Part shown: positions 34,579 through 44,741 of the stretch, piece by piece
How positions within the stretch are numbered: the first letter of the stretch is position 1
Layout of the letters: each line of letters starts with the position of its first letter
The notes under the pieces: model-generated
What the model was told of the DNA's origin: nothing
Database searches by the model: none
Seen by the model: only the letters and a program-made list of their open reading frames with translations
Translations under genes and position numbers: made by a program
Source: an uncultured Planctomycetaceae bacterium
GTDB lineage: Bacteria > Planctomycetota > Planctomycetia > Isosphaerales > Isosphaeraceae
Assembly: GCA_963833985.1 (NCBI GenBank)
Contig: CAWIAD010000001.1
Coordinates: forward strand, 3,447,122-3,511,121
Length of the DNA stretch: 64,000 bases
Direction: 5' to 3'

Positions 34579-37500
34579 TCAGTCCGATCTTGGATCAGAT
34601 CTTGGATCAGAGGCAGCCGCAAAATAATTTTGCAGCGCACACACCTCAAGGTCACCCCCGAGGTAGGCCTTGATACCCTGCGCTGCGGCGACGGCCCCTG
34701 AGAGAGTGGTGTAGTACGGCACTTTATGCAAGAGGGCTGCCCGCCGCAGCGAACGGCTGTCGGCCAGCGCCGTGGCGCCTTCGGTGGTGTTGAAAACCAA
34801 CTGGACTTCGCCGTTCTTGATGGCGTCGACGATGTGCGGCCGCCCCTCGGCAACTTTATTGATCTTGACTGCCGCGACGCCCTGTTCGGCCAGAAAACGC
34901 TGGGTTCCCGACGTCGCCAGGACCTTGAAACCCAACCCGGCGAGGAGGCGGACCGTTTCAAGAATGCGAGGTTTGTCGGAAGTCCTTCACCGACGCAAAG
35001 ACGGTTCCGCTTTTCGGCAGCCGGGTGCCGCCGCCCAGCTGGCTCTTGGCGAAGGCGACGTTGTAGTCGCGGTCGATGCCCATGACCTCGCCGGTCGATT
35101 TCATCTCCGGGCCGAGCACGGTGTCGACCTTGTCACCGAAGCGGGCGAAAGGAAAAACCGCCTCCTTCACCCCGATGTGGCGTGCCGCCGCGAACTCGAA
35201 GCTTTGCGGCGGCAATGCAAAACTCGCCAGCGATTCGCCGGCCATGATCCGCGCTGCGATCTTCGCCGCCGGGACGCCGGTCACCTTGGCGACGAACGGC
35301 ACCGTACGCGACGCGCGCGGATTGACCTCGAGCACATAGATGGCCCCGTCCTTGATGGCGTATTGCACATTCATCAGGCCGCCGACCTTGAGCGCCAAAG
35401 CCAGGGCGCGGGTTTGCCGGTCAAGCTCGGCGATCGTTTCGGCCGACAGATTGTGCGGCGGCAGCGAGCAAGCGGAATCGCCGGAATGAATGCCGGCTTC
35501 CTCAATATGCTCCATGATGCCCGCGATGTAAGTGTCCTTGCCGTCGGCGATGCAATCGACGTCGACTTCGATCGCATCGGTCAGGTAGCGATCGATCAAC
35601 AACGGCCGGCGCTCGGAGACTGCGAGTTCGGAGGGCCGGCCAAGATCGGCGGTGAGGCGCACGAGATAGCGATCGATCTGGGCCCCGTCATGCACGATCT
35701 CCATGGCGCGGCCGCCAAGCACGTAAGACGGGCGGATCACGATCGGATAGCCGATTTCGTCGGCGATCGCGCGCGCCTTTTCCGGCGACGTGGCGATGCC
35801 GCTCTTCGGCTGCAGCAGCTTGAGCCGGTCGAGCAGTTGTTTGAAACGGTCACGATCCTCGGCGAGATCGATGGCGTCCGGCGAGGTGCCGAGGATCGGC
35901 GCCTTCGCTTTCGCCAGCGGTTCGGCGAGCTTGAGCGGCGTCTGTCCGCCGAATTGCACGATGACGCCGTGCAGCGTGCCATTCCGGCGTTCGGTGTCGA
36001 TGATCTCGATCACGTCTTCGGCGGTGAGCGGCTCGAAATAAAGCCGGTCGGAGGTGTCGTAGTCGGTCGACACCGTCTCCGGATTGCAATTGACCATGAT
36101 GGTCTCGTAGCCGACGTCCTTGAGCGCGAAGGCGGCATGACAGCAGCAATAATCGAACTCGATGCCCTGGCCGATGCGGTTTGGGCCGCCGCCGAGGATG
36201 ACCACCTTCTTTTTGTCCGACGGCGCGGCCTCGTCGGCGCCATGGCCGGCGAACGGCGTCTCGTAGGTCGAATACATGTAGGCGGTCGGCGAGGCGAATT
36301 CGGCGGCGCAGCTGTCGATGCGCTTGAACACCGGGCGCACGCCGAGCGCGCGACGCCGTTCGGCGACCTCCTCGACGGCAAGGCCGGTCAGCCGACCGAG
36401 GCGGGCGTCCGAAAAGCCGCTTGCTTTCAGTCGGCGCAACGCGCCGGCGCTCGCCGGAAGTCCCCTGGTGCGAATTTGGGCCTCGGTTTCGATGATCTGG
36501 CGAATTTGTTCCAGGAACCACGGATCGATGCGGCAGGCGGTGTGAATATCGGCGTCGCTCATGCCGAGCCGCATCGCCTGCGCCACTTTGAGAATGCCGT
36601 CCGGCGAGGGCGTGCCGAGCGCCGCACGAATCGCATTCTTGTCATCACCCTGGCCGAGCCCGGGGATCGCGATTTCATCGAGGCCTGTTAAGCCGGTTTC
36701 GAGCGAACGCAGTGCCTTTTGCAAACTCTCCTGGAAGGTGCGGCCGATGGCCATTGCCTCGCCGACCGATTTCATCGACGTCGTGAGCACCGGCTCAGCG
36801 CCGGGAAACTTCTCGAAGGCGAAGCGCGGCACCTTGGTGACGACGTAGTCGATCGTCGGCTCGAACGAGGCCGGGGTGGCGCCGCCGGTGATGTCGTTAG
36901 CGATCTCGTCGAGCGTGTAACCTACCGCAAGCTTGGCGGCGACCTTGGCGATGGGAAAGCCGGTAGCTTTCGACGCCAGCGCCGAGGAGCGCGAGACGCG
37001 CGGGTTCATCTCGATGACGACGAGGCGGCCGTCGGCCGGATTGACGGCGAACTGCACGTTCGAGCCGCCGGTCTCGACGCCGATCTCGCGCAACACCGCG
37101 ATCGAGGCGTCGCGCATGATCTGATATTCCTTGTCGGTCAGAGTCAGCGCCGGCGCCACGGTGATCGAATCACCGGTGTGCACACCCATCGGATCGATAT
37201 TCTCGATCGAGCAGACAATGATGCAGTTGTCGTTCCTGTCCCGCACCACCTCCATCTCGTATTCTTTCCAGCCGAGCACCGATTCCTCGATCAGCACTTC
37301 GCTGGTCGGTGATGCGTCGATGCCGCCTTCAACGATCTCGATGAATTCGGCCTTGTTGTAGGCGATGCCGCCACCGGTGCCGCCGAGCGTGAACGACGGC
37401 CGGATGATGGCCGGCAGCCCGATATCATCGAGTGCTTCGAGCGCCTGGATGAGCGTCTTGATCTGATGCGAGCGCGGCGTCGCCAGCCCGATCTTGGTCA

Positions 37501-37921
37501 TCGCCTCGCGAAACAACTTGCGGTCTTCGGCCTTGTCGATCGCGGCGGCGGTAGCGCCGATCATCTTGACGTCGAACTTTTCCAGCGTGCCCATGCGGCG
37601 GAGCGACAGGGCGGTATTGAGCGCGGTCTGTCCGCCCATGGTCGGCAATAACGCGAAACCGCCGGGAATGGCGTATCGCTCTTTGGCAATGATCTTGGCC
37701 ACGATCTCCGGCGTGATCGGCTCGATGTAGGTCGCATCCGCCAGATCCGGATCGGTCATGATGGTCGCCGGATTGGAATTGACCAGAACGATCCGGTAGC
37801 CCTCAGCCTTGAGCGCCTTGCAGGCCTGCGTTCCGGAATAATCGAATTCGCACGCCTGGCCGATGACGATTGGCCCTGCGCCGATGATGAGGATCGAGGA
37901 GATGTCGGTCCGTCTGGGCAT
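34579..37921 (-). CDS. carB: carbamoyl-phosphate synthase large subunit (frameshift near 34980)
   Basis: [25 protein letters not shown]; second half [18 protein letters not shown] domain in another frame. Confidence 0.97.
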
Positions 37922-37945
37922 TGCTTCCGTTATTCAAGAAGGCAC

Positions 37946-38026
37946 AAAAAAAGGGCGCGCTTCCGGCGCGTCCCAAGCGCTTTCAGGCTGAGCGGGTACC
38001 GGTCAGCCGCCCGGAAAGCGCGCCTC
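37946..38026 (-). promoter_or_regulatory. structured carB leader ending in an intrinsic terminator (candidate attenuator)
   Basis: GGGACGCGC...GCGCGCCC-U7 about 25 nt before the ATG, preceded by a GCGCUUUC/GAAAGCGC stem. Confidence 0.55.
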
Positions 38027-38239
38027 TTTAGAGCGTGAGCGTGCGTTCGGACGTAAAACCGGCGGCCACTTTTGCTGAACGCACGCCGTGCGGGCGCCGA
38101 GGCTCGGCCCCGCGCGAGCGGTCTTTAGACGAGAAAGGCCGGGCAGGGAAGAGGTTCGTCGGCAAGCCCGCGCCGAACATTCGCCAATTATTGCCACGCC
38201 CCGCGCAAAAAGACCCGGCGGCGGCCTATTGGCATGCAG

Positions 38240-39790
38240 TCACTGCTTTGCTGGCTCGCCCTGGTCCTTTGCTAACGGACCACCAGTGATCGAGGTCACG
38301 GCCCGATAGGCGTTAGCCAGTCCGGCGCCGGCGTCCGAAGGTCCACCGCTCGCAAATGGCCTGGCCGTGGTCATGATGATCGTGCGGACCTGCGCGGGCT
38401 TGAGCGACGGTTTGCGTTCGAGCAACAAAGCCACGAGGCCGCTGACATGCGCAGCGGCGACCGAAGTTCCCGTCGTAAGCTGGTACGATTCATTCGGCGC
38501 GAGCGCGAGAATCTCGACACCCGGAGCGGCCACCGCGATGTATTTGCCGCGGTTGGCCAAACTGAACACGCCGTCCTTGCTGTCGGTCGCGGTTACGCAG
38601 ATGACGCTGGGATCTGCTGCCGGGTAGAGCGGTGGCGAATTAGGCCCGGCATTTCCGGCCGCCGCGACCAGCACCATGCCTTTCTCAAACGCTGCCGCGA
38701 GCAATCGGCGCATCAATGGGTCGGCGGGCCCGGCAAAGCTCATGTTCACGACGCGCGCATTGTTGTCGGCCGCCCATTGGAGGCTTTTGTAGATCGCGAA
38801 GGAGGTTCCCTTTGAGTCGGCGGCATCGTCGAATGCGCGCGCGACCAGGAGCTGGGCGTCCGGCGCAATACCCATAAGCTTCTTGTGCGCGGCGATGGCG
38901 CCAGCCATCGCAGTGCCGTGCCGATGCGGCTTGTCGTCTCCACCCAGCGCGTCGAAGCTCTTGACGATCGTTGCATCGAGATCCAAATGCTTCACGTCGA
39001 CTTCTGAATCGATGATGGCAACGGCAATATTTTTTCCAGTTACAAATTGATGCGCTTGCGCGATTTGGAGCTTGCCCAGAACGTACTGCGAGGCGTCGCC
39101 CTGCCGGTTGGATGGCTTCTTCGCAAGGTCTTCCTGAAGTGAGAAAATATAATTGGGCTGTGCGCTCGCGACCGTGCGTTCGTCCTCCACCGCGCCGATC
39201 GTGTCCGCTACCGAACGGGAGCCGCTGACACGCCAGCGATAGAGCGTGTTGCCGGCCAATGCGAAGCTTTGCGACTCGAGTTGCGTCAGATCGTACCGGC
39301 GCGCGATCTGAGCGATCGCTTGCGGTGTCACGTTTGGTGAAAACACGGTGATGATTTCGTCGGGAACGAAGCGCCGTTCGCCTCGCGGCGGCACGCCGCT
39401 GCCGTTATTGCCACCGGCGCCGCCAGCGCCACCCGCGACGCCTCCGGCCCCGCCGAGATTGGCGTTGCGGCCGGCAGTTACTCCCGGGCCGCCAATCGTT
39501 CCGGGGCTGCCGCCACCCCTAACTCCCACGCCTCCTCCGTTCCAGCCTGGCGGATGGCCGATGACCCAGCCGCCGCCGCGGCCGGGCACCATCGCACGTG
39601 GTCCGGCGATCGGGCCCCGGGCCGGCCCGCCGAAACCGCCGCCGCGGCCGAATCCGAAACCACCGCGCCCGAACCCGAAACCGCCAAACGCCGCCGCCGG
39701 GCTCGACGTGCCGATGCCGGATGCGGCAAGAACCAAGCCGACAAGTGTGAGAGCCACGACCATCGGCAGCTTCGTTGCGGTTTTTCGCAT
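38240..39790 (-). CDS. secreted S8 subtilase with Gly-rich N-terminal segment and propeptide
   Basis: IIDS (Asp), HGTAMAG (His), AAAGN, GTSVAAAHVSG (Ser). Confidence 0.93.
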   Translation of the reverse strand: MRKTATKLPMVVALTLVGLVLAASGIGTSSPAAAFGGFGFGRGGFGFGRGGGFGGPARGPIAGPRAMVPGRGGGWVIGHPPGWNGGGVGVRGGGSPGTIGGPGVTAGRNANLGGAGGVAGGAGGAGGNNGSGVPPRGERRFVPDEIITVFSPNVTPQAIAQIARRYDLTQLESQSFALAGNTLYRWRVSGSRSVADTIGAVEDERTVASAQPNYIFSLQEDLAKKPSNRQGDASQYVLGKLQIAQAHQFVTGKNIAVAIIDSEVDVKHLDLDATIVKSFDALGGDDKPHRHGTAMAGAIAAHKKLMGIAPDAQLLVARAFDDAADSKGTSFAIYKSLQWAADNNARVVNMSFAGPADPLMRRLLAAAFEKGMVLVAAAGNAGPNSPPLYPAADPSVICVTATDSKDGVFSLANRGKYIAVAAPGVEILALAPNESYQLTTGTSVAAAHVSGLVALLLERKPSLKPAQVRTIIMTTARPFASGGPSDAGAGLANAYRAVTSITGGPLAKDQGEPAKQ

Positions 39791-39818
39791 GGCAAACTCC
39801 CGTATGTCCGACGCGGTT

Positions 39819-39874
39819 ATCTCGTTTGAGTCATCTCGTTTGAGTCATCTCGTTTGAGTCATCTCGTTTAAGTC
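39819..39874. repeat. 4 x 14-bp tandem repeat ATCTCGTTTGAGTC
   Basis: three identical copies plus one with a single change; overlaps the anti-sigma stop codon. Confidence 0.95.
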
Positions 39875-40553
39875 ATGGCGTTTCAGCAACGGCGATGAAG
39901 CCGACCACCTTGTCCTGCTGCAGCGTCTTTACGATGCGGTCGAGTTCTGGCTTCGGAGTTTTGGCCGCCGCGATGCGCACGCGGTACAGTCCGCCCGCGG
40001 ATGGACCGCCCGAAATGCTCAATTTGTTGGTCTCCAGGAACGCCGTGATGTCGGCGGCGGTGGCCTGCGGCTGGAAACGGACCAGGGCAAAGGCACCGTC
40101 GGCGGCGACTTTCGTCGACACCGATGCTGTCTCGTAGCCCGCGTTCTGCTCCTTGATCAGGATGCCCGCGATGAATCCGGCTTGCAGAACGATGGCGAGT
40201 GCTGCCGCGCTCGCCGACCAGGCGAGCGTGCGCGGCGACAGCGCGGTGAAAAACTCCCGGATGCGTGCGCCGAGATTTAGCGATGCGGCCGCATGGCGCG
40301 CCGGTTCGGCATCGATCTTGGCGAACAGCGCCTGCATGGCACGCGGCGACGGCGCGCCCAGAGTCTCGTTGAGATGGATGGTCTGCGCGAGTTCTTCGCG
40401 CACCAGTTCGTAGCGGCGGGCGAGCTCGGGGTCGGTGGCGAGCGCGGTTTCCACGCGCTGCATGTCGCGCTGGCCGAGCGTTCCTGCCGCGTGCCAGGGC
40501 AGGAGCTCCTCGATGTTGCCGCGGTCCTTCTCAGTTCCCGTGTTCATGGCCAA
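39873..40553 (-). CDS. putative membrane anti-sigma factor
   Basis: overlaps the ECF stop; IEELLPWHAAGTL N-terminal anti-sigma-like motif, one TM helix, extracytoplasmic C-terminal domain. Confidence 0.8.
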   Translation of the reverse strand: MAMNTGTEKDRGNIEELLPWHAAGTLGQRDMQRVETALATDPELARRYELVREELAQTIHLNETLGAPSPRAMQALFAKIDAEPARHAAASLNLGARIREFFTALSPRTLAWSASAAALAIVLQAGFIAGILIKEQNAGYETASVSTKVAADGAFALVRFQPQATAADITAFLETNKLSISGGPSAGGLYRVRIAAAKTPKPELDRIVKTLQQDKVVGFIAVAETP

Positions 40554-41104
40554 CCTCGATCGATCCCTTGCTCCTTCAGGAGCTCCGATAATTTCTTGCG
40601 CGCGTAGAACATGCGCGTCTTCACTGTCGCTTCCGGGATGCCGACAATTCCCGCAACTTCCTCCACGGATTTCTCGTGGTAGTAGACAAGGTCGACGATC
40701 TCGCGATGCTCAGCCGACAACTTGGTCAGGCATTGCCGCAACACTGCGCTTTTGTCTTTCTTCGCCAGCGCGATCTCCGGATCGTCGGCTTGATCCTCGA
40801 TCGCTCCGGCGGTCTCGGCATCCAGTTGTTCATCGCCCCGGCGCCGCAGCGCCGACAGTGCTTTGAAGCGGGCGATGCCCAACATCCATGTCGAGACTGT
40901 CGACCGCCCCTCGAATTTTTCCGCCTGCCGCCAGACGTCGAGAAACACCTCGCTGATCAAATCCTCCGCGGCGGCTTCGTTACGCACCATGCGCAGCATG
41001 AACCGGTAGACACGGATATGGTGGCGCGCGAACAGCACCTGCATTGCGAGCCGATCGCCGTTGGCGATCCGTCCGATCAGAACCTCGTCCGAAGTTGTCT
41101 GCAT
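40544..41104 (-). CDS. ECF sigma factor
   Basis: AEDLISEVFLDVW region 2, IAGIVGIPEATVKTRMFYAR-type region 4. Confidence 0.95.
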   Translation of the reverse strand: MQTTSDEVLIGRIANGDRLAMQVLFARHHIRVYRFMLRMVRNEAAAEDLISEVFLDVWRQAEKFEGRSTVSTWMLGIARFKALSALRRRGDEQLDAETAGAIEDQADDPEIALAKKDKSAVLRQCLTKLSAEHREIVDLVYYHEKSVEEVAGIVGIPEATVKTRMFYARKKLSELLKEQGIDRGWP

Positions 41105-41125
41105 CGGCAGGCCGGCGGCTCGTGC

Positions 41126-41156
41126 ATTAAGTCGCGGGCGGCGGCGCGCAGGTTCA
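41126..41156 (-). promoter_or_regulatory. putative ECF promoter for the sigma operon
   Basis: TGAACC-N16-CGACTTAAT. Confidence 0.6.
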
Positions 41157-41247
41157 AGCCAAATCGATAAAAATTAGCGCGGCCAGGCGACCGCGGCAGA
41201 TTAGCCGAAAATGGCGGGAACCGGGCGACGATTATGTCGGCCCGGCG

Positions 41248-41277
41248 TGAACCTTTTCTCCGGCAACGACAACCAAT
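41248..41277 (+). promoter_or_regulatory. putative ECF promoter for the divergent Gly-rich gene
   Basis: TGAACC-N16-CAACCAAT. Confidence 0.6.
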
Positions 41278-41308
41278 CGGTATCGGAACTCAAACTCGGA
41301 GAACGACC

Positions 41309-41998
41309 ATGTCACGCAAAGTCATCCTTGCTCTCGCAACCGCGGCCACGATTGCCGCTGCCAGCCTTGGTTCCACCGCGGCGGATGCCCGGGGGTTCGG
41401 TGGTGGCGGCGGGTTTGGTGGCGGCCACTTCGCCGGTGGCGGCGGGTTTGGTGGTCGCGGCAACTTCGCTGGTGGCGGCGGGTTTGGTGGTCGCGGCAAC
41501 TTCGGTGGCGGCCGAACCTCGTTCGCAACCCTCCGCGGTCCCGGCCACGGCGGCTTGCCGCTTCATCCAATTTTCCCGCCGGGGCACCCCGGCTTTCCTG
41601 GGCATCCCGGCTGGTGGTGGCACCACCACTACGGGCACTGGTTCTTCCGTGACGGCCGCTGGATCGTCATCGATGACGGGGGCGTCGCCGATGCGCCGGT
41701 CGGGCTGCCGGTGGCCGCTCCCGGCCCCTGCACCTGCCTGACCAAGAACTACACGCCGGATGGGCTCGTGGTGTTCGCGGACGTCTGCACCAGCGAAGCC
41801 GCCAGCGCCCGGGTCGACGGCGGCCCCGCTACCGACGCCACCCCGGTGACCCCGGCGCCAAGTGCGCCGACCCCGCCGGTGGACGGAAAGACCTCCGACG
41901 CGACGCAGGCGCCGACCTCGCCGAATTATGCGGGCCGCACTTATCAGGACTATCTGGCGGCGAACCCGCAGGCGGCGCAGGCTCCTCAGAAGAACTGA
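41309..41998 (+). CDS. secreted Gly-rich low-complexity protein
   Basis: RBS GGAG, signal peptide, GGGGFGGRGNFA repeats, GHPGWWWHHH, PCTCLTKNYTPDG.VVFADVCT.E Cys motif, Pro/Thr tail. Confidence 0.8.
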   Translation: MSRKVILALATAATIAAASLGSTAADARGFGGGGGFGGGHFAGGGGFGGRGNFAGGGGFGGRGNFGGGRTSFATLRGPGHGGLPLHPIFPPGHPGFPGHPGWWWHHHYGHWFFRDGRWIVIDDGGVADAPVGLPVAAPGPCTCLTKNYTPDGLVVFADVCTSEAASARVDGGPATDATPVTPAPSAPTPPVDGKTSDATQAPTSPNYAGRTYQDYLAANPQAAQAPQKN

Positions 41999-42168
41999 AG
42001 ATGTCGGCAAAGCGAATGAGCTTGCGTCTCGGATTGAAAATACGACCGCCCGCGAGAATATCGCGGGCGGCTCTTTTTGCGCGGATAGGCGGGGCGCCGA
42101 AAGCACCGCCCCGGCGCGGGTCGACAGAGCGGTCACGGAAGCGGCGGGTGCGTGGGCTTTGCCTGGTC

Positions 42169-42864
42169 TCACCTTGGCACGGCGTAATAGGTTTGCCGGG
42201 CCTGGTTATGGCCGATATTCGACGGCGCCAAGCGCGCATCGAAACCGGCGGCATCAAGCTTTTCGATCATGGCAGCCTTGGCGTAGCGCGTGAGCCCGAG
42301 TTGGGAGCGCAGCCGCCAATAGCTCGACAGCCGCGTTCGTAGCAGGCCCCAGACGGCGGCGAAGAAGAAGCCGTTGTGATGTCCGAATCGCAACAGCGCC
42401 GCAGCATCCACAGCCGCCGGAACTTGCGGCGGAATCACGTCGCCGACGACAAGAAGGCCGCCGGATTTCAACTGCCGGTGAAAGAGGGCGAACAGGGCGC
42501 TGGTTCCGGTGGTGGTGAGGTATTGCGCGACCGAGTGCATCACGATGAGATCGAGCGTGTGCTCCGGCAATCGCGCGATCTCGTGCGGCGCGATCACGCG
42601 AATTTTCGGGTTATCCGCAAATCGCCGTTGCAACTCGTCGCGCATTCCGGGCGCGGCTTCGCACAACAGGAGCTCGCCCGCGGCGGCGGCGACGATATCG
42701 GCATGGAGTGCTTCGCCGGCGCCGTAATCAAGCACGCGCGCCTGCGGTTCCGGCACCAGCGCCGCGATCTCTTTCGCGATCAGCCGGTAATGTACGTCCT
42801 TGTGTCGTGCATTGACGTAAATGGAATGCGGACTGTCCCAGAACGCGAGCCAGTCGGTGATCAT
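42169..42864 (-). CDS. class I SAM-dependent methyltransferase
   Basis: RVLDYGAGEA, LDLIVMHSVAQY. Confidence 0.87.
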   Translation of the reverse strand: MITDWLAFWDSPHSIYVNARHKDVHYRLIAKEIAALVPEPQARVLDYGAGEALHADIVAAAAGELLLCEAAPGMRDELQRRFADNPKIRVIAPHEIARLPEHTLDLIVMHSVAQYLTTTGTSALFALFHRQLKSGGLLVVGDVIPPQVPAAVDAAALLRFGHHNGFFFAAVWGLLRTRLSSYWRLRSQLGLTRYAKAAMIEKLDAAGFDARLAPSNIGHNQARQTYYAVPR

Positions 42865-43388
42865 GCCCGCCACAAAGTCGTCAGCGGACCCTCCGCTCCG
42901 AATACCGGATCCGTGTCGGGCGGCGGCACTTTTGGAATGGAGGTCACCGCCTTGGCGTGCTCGGCCTTGCTGCCGCGCGAAAGGTTGTATTTGCCGCTCG
43001 GCGGATAGGCGCCGATAACCACAAGATTGGAACTCTGGTCGAGGCGCTGATGGCCCGTGCCCGCCGGAAGGATGACGACGTCGCCGGCGGCCAGGTCGAT
43101 CGCCTCGCCGTTGTCGCCGCCAAAAAGCACTTTGACCCGCCCGCGCGCTATCCCCATCACCTCGTGGATCATGGGATGATAGTGGGTATACGCATACACG
43201 CCATTGCGCCACATGCCGCCCCAACCATTGGCCGCAAAGGTTTTTTCGATGATTAGTTCAGGATCTGGCGAGCCCGTGAGATCGACGGCGCCGCGATAAA
43301 GGATGAGCGGCAACGAATTATTTGGGATATTCCCGTCGTCGACGAATGTGTAGGTGATCGGTGCGGGGCGCGTGTTGACAATGGGCAT
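42861..43388 (-). CDS. cupin domain protein (YjlB-like)
   Basis: IPNN, YTHYH..IHEV, GDVVILPAGTGH, DPVFG..GPL. Confidence 0.87.
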   Translation of the reverse strand: MPIVNTRPAPITYTFVDDGNIPNNSLPLILYRGAVDLTGSPDPELIIEKTFAANGWGGMWRNGVYAYTHYHPMIHEVMGIARGRVKVLFGGDNGEAIDLAAGDVVILPAGTGHQRLDQSSNLVVIGAYPPSGKYNLSRGSKAEHAKAVTSIPKVPPPDTDPVFGAEGPLTTLWRA

Positions 43389-43483
43389 GTGGGACGCAGG
43401 CTTGTTTCGGTGATGGTGCGTTGCGGTGGTTTTACCCCATAGGCGGTTGAAATTGTCTAACGCCTGATGCGGCAGTTTGGCCG

Positions 43484-44674
43484 TTATGCCCCCTTGAATT
43501 CGCGCATCCGGTCGACAAAGCGTTTGAACAATCCGTGACTGTCGCGTGGGCCCGGCGAGGCTTCCGGATGGTACTGGACCGAGAATACCGGCTTGTCCCT
43601 GAGCGCAAGTCCGCAATTGGAGCCGTCGAATAGCGAGACGTGGGTCTCCATGGCGTTTGCCGGCAGGCTCGCGCCGTCCACTGCGAAGCCATGATTCATC
43701 GAGGTGATCTCTACCTTGCCGGTCGTGAGATCCTTCACCGGATGGTTTGCGCCATGATGACCCTGGTGCATTTTCATCGTCTTGCCGCCGATCGCGATCG
43801 CCAGCATCTGATGACCGAGGCAGATACCGAAGGTCGGTATTTTGCCGATCAGCGTGCGGATCACCGGCACGGCATATTCTCCGGTCGCGGCCGGATCGCC
43901 CGGACCGTTTGAGAGAAAGACGCCGTCGGGTTTGAGCGCCATGATGTCGGCGGCAGACGTTTGCGCCGGCACTACCGTCACCCTGCATTGATTGCCGGCG
44001 AGCTGGCGCAGGATGTTGCGCTTGATGCCGTAGTCGATGGCGACGACGTGGAATTGCGGATCGTCCAGTTCACCATAGCCCTCGCCCCACTGCCATGGCG
44101 TCTCCTGCCAGGTGAAGCGCTGCGCCGTCGTCACCAGCGGCACCAGATCCATGCCGACAAGTCCGGGCCACGCCTTCGCCTCGCGCTTGAGTGCGTCCAC
44201 GTCAAAGCGTCCGGACGGCTCGTGCGCGATCACGGCGTTCGGCATGCCCTTCTCGCGAATGAATGCGGTGAGCGCGCGGGTGTCGATGCCGGCAAGCCCG
44301 ACGATGCCGCGGCTCTTGAGCCATTGGTCGAGATGGCGCGTCGCGCGGTAATTGGACGGCGCGGTGATGGCCGAGTGCAGAATGACGCCGCGCGCGCCGG
44401 GCGTCGCCGCAAGGTTCACTGTCTCGATGTCGTCCTCGTTGGTGCCGACATTGCCAATGTGAGGAAAAGTGAAGGTGATGATCTGGCCCGCATAGGACGG
44501 ATCGGTCAGGATCTCCTCGTAGCCGGTCATGGCGGTGTTGAAGCAAACTTCGCCGACGGCGTGGCCGGCGGCGCCAAAGCCGAAACCTTCGAGCACGGTG
44601 CCGTCGGCGAGCACGAGGAGCGCCGTCGGTTTGGGTTCGTCCCAGTGTGTCTCGGTCTGCGGTTGTGTCAGCAT
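43484..44674 (-). CDS. carA: carbamoyl-phosphate synthase small subunit
   Basis: FNTAMTGYEEILTDPSY, SNGPGDP, GICLGHQ, QYHPEASPGP. Confidence 0.97.
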   Translation of the reverse strand: MLTQPQTETHWDEPKPTALLVLADGTVLEGFGFGAAGHAVGEVCFNTAMTGYEEILTDPSYAGQIITFTFPHIGNVGTNEDDIETVNLAATPGARGVILHSAITAPSNYRATRHLDQWLKSRGIVGLAGIDTRALTAFIREKGMPNAVIAHEPSGRFDVDALKREAKAWPGLVGMDLVPLVTTAQRFTWQETPWQWGEGYGELDDPQFHVVAIDYGIKRNILRQLAGNQCRVTVVPAQTSAADIMALKPDGVFLSNGPGDPAATGEYAVPVIRTLIGKIPTFGICLGHQMLAIAIGGKTMKMHQGHHGANHPVKDLTTGKVEITSMNHGFAVDGASLPANAMETHVSLFDGSNCGLALRDKPVFSVQYHPEASPGPRDSHGLFKRFVDRMREFKGA

Positions 44675-44741
44675 CGGCAAGCGCCTAAATGTTCTCCGCG
44701 CCCACCCCCGCCCGCGGGCGACTTTGCGAGAGGCCATAGCC

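Noticed and set aside
34566..34610. Short GATCTTGGATCA x3 repeat at the carB 3' end
   Set aside because: Real but tiny; most likely local slippage around the stop codon with no evidence of function
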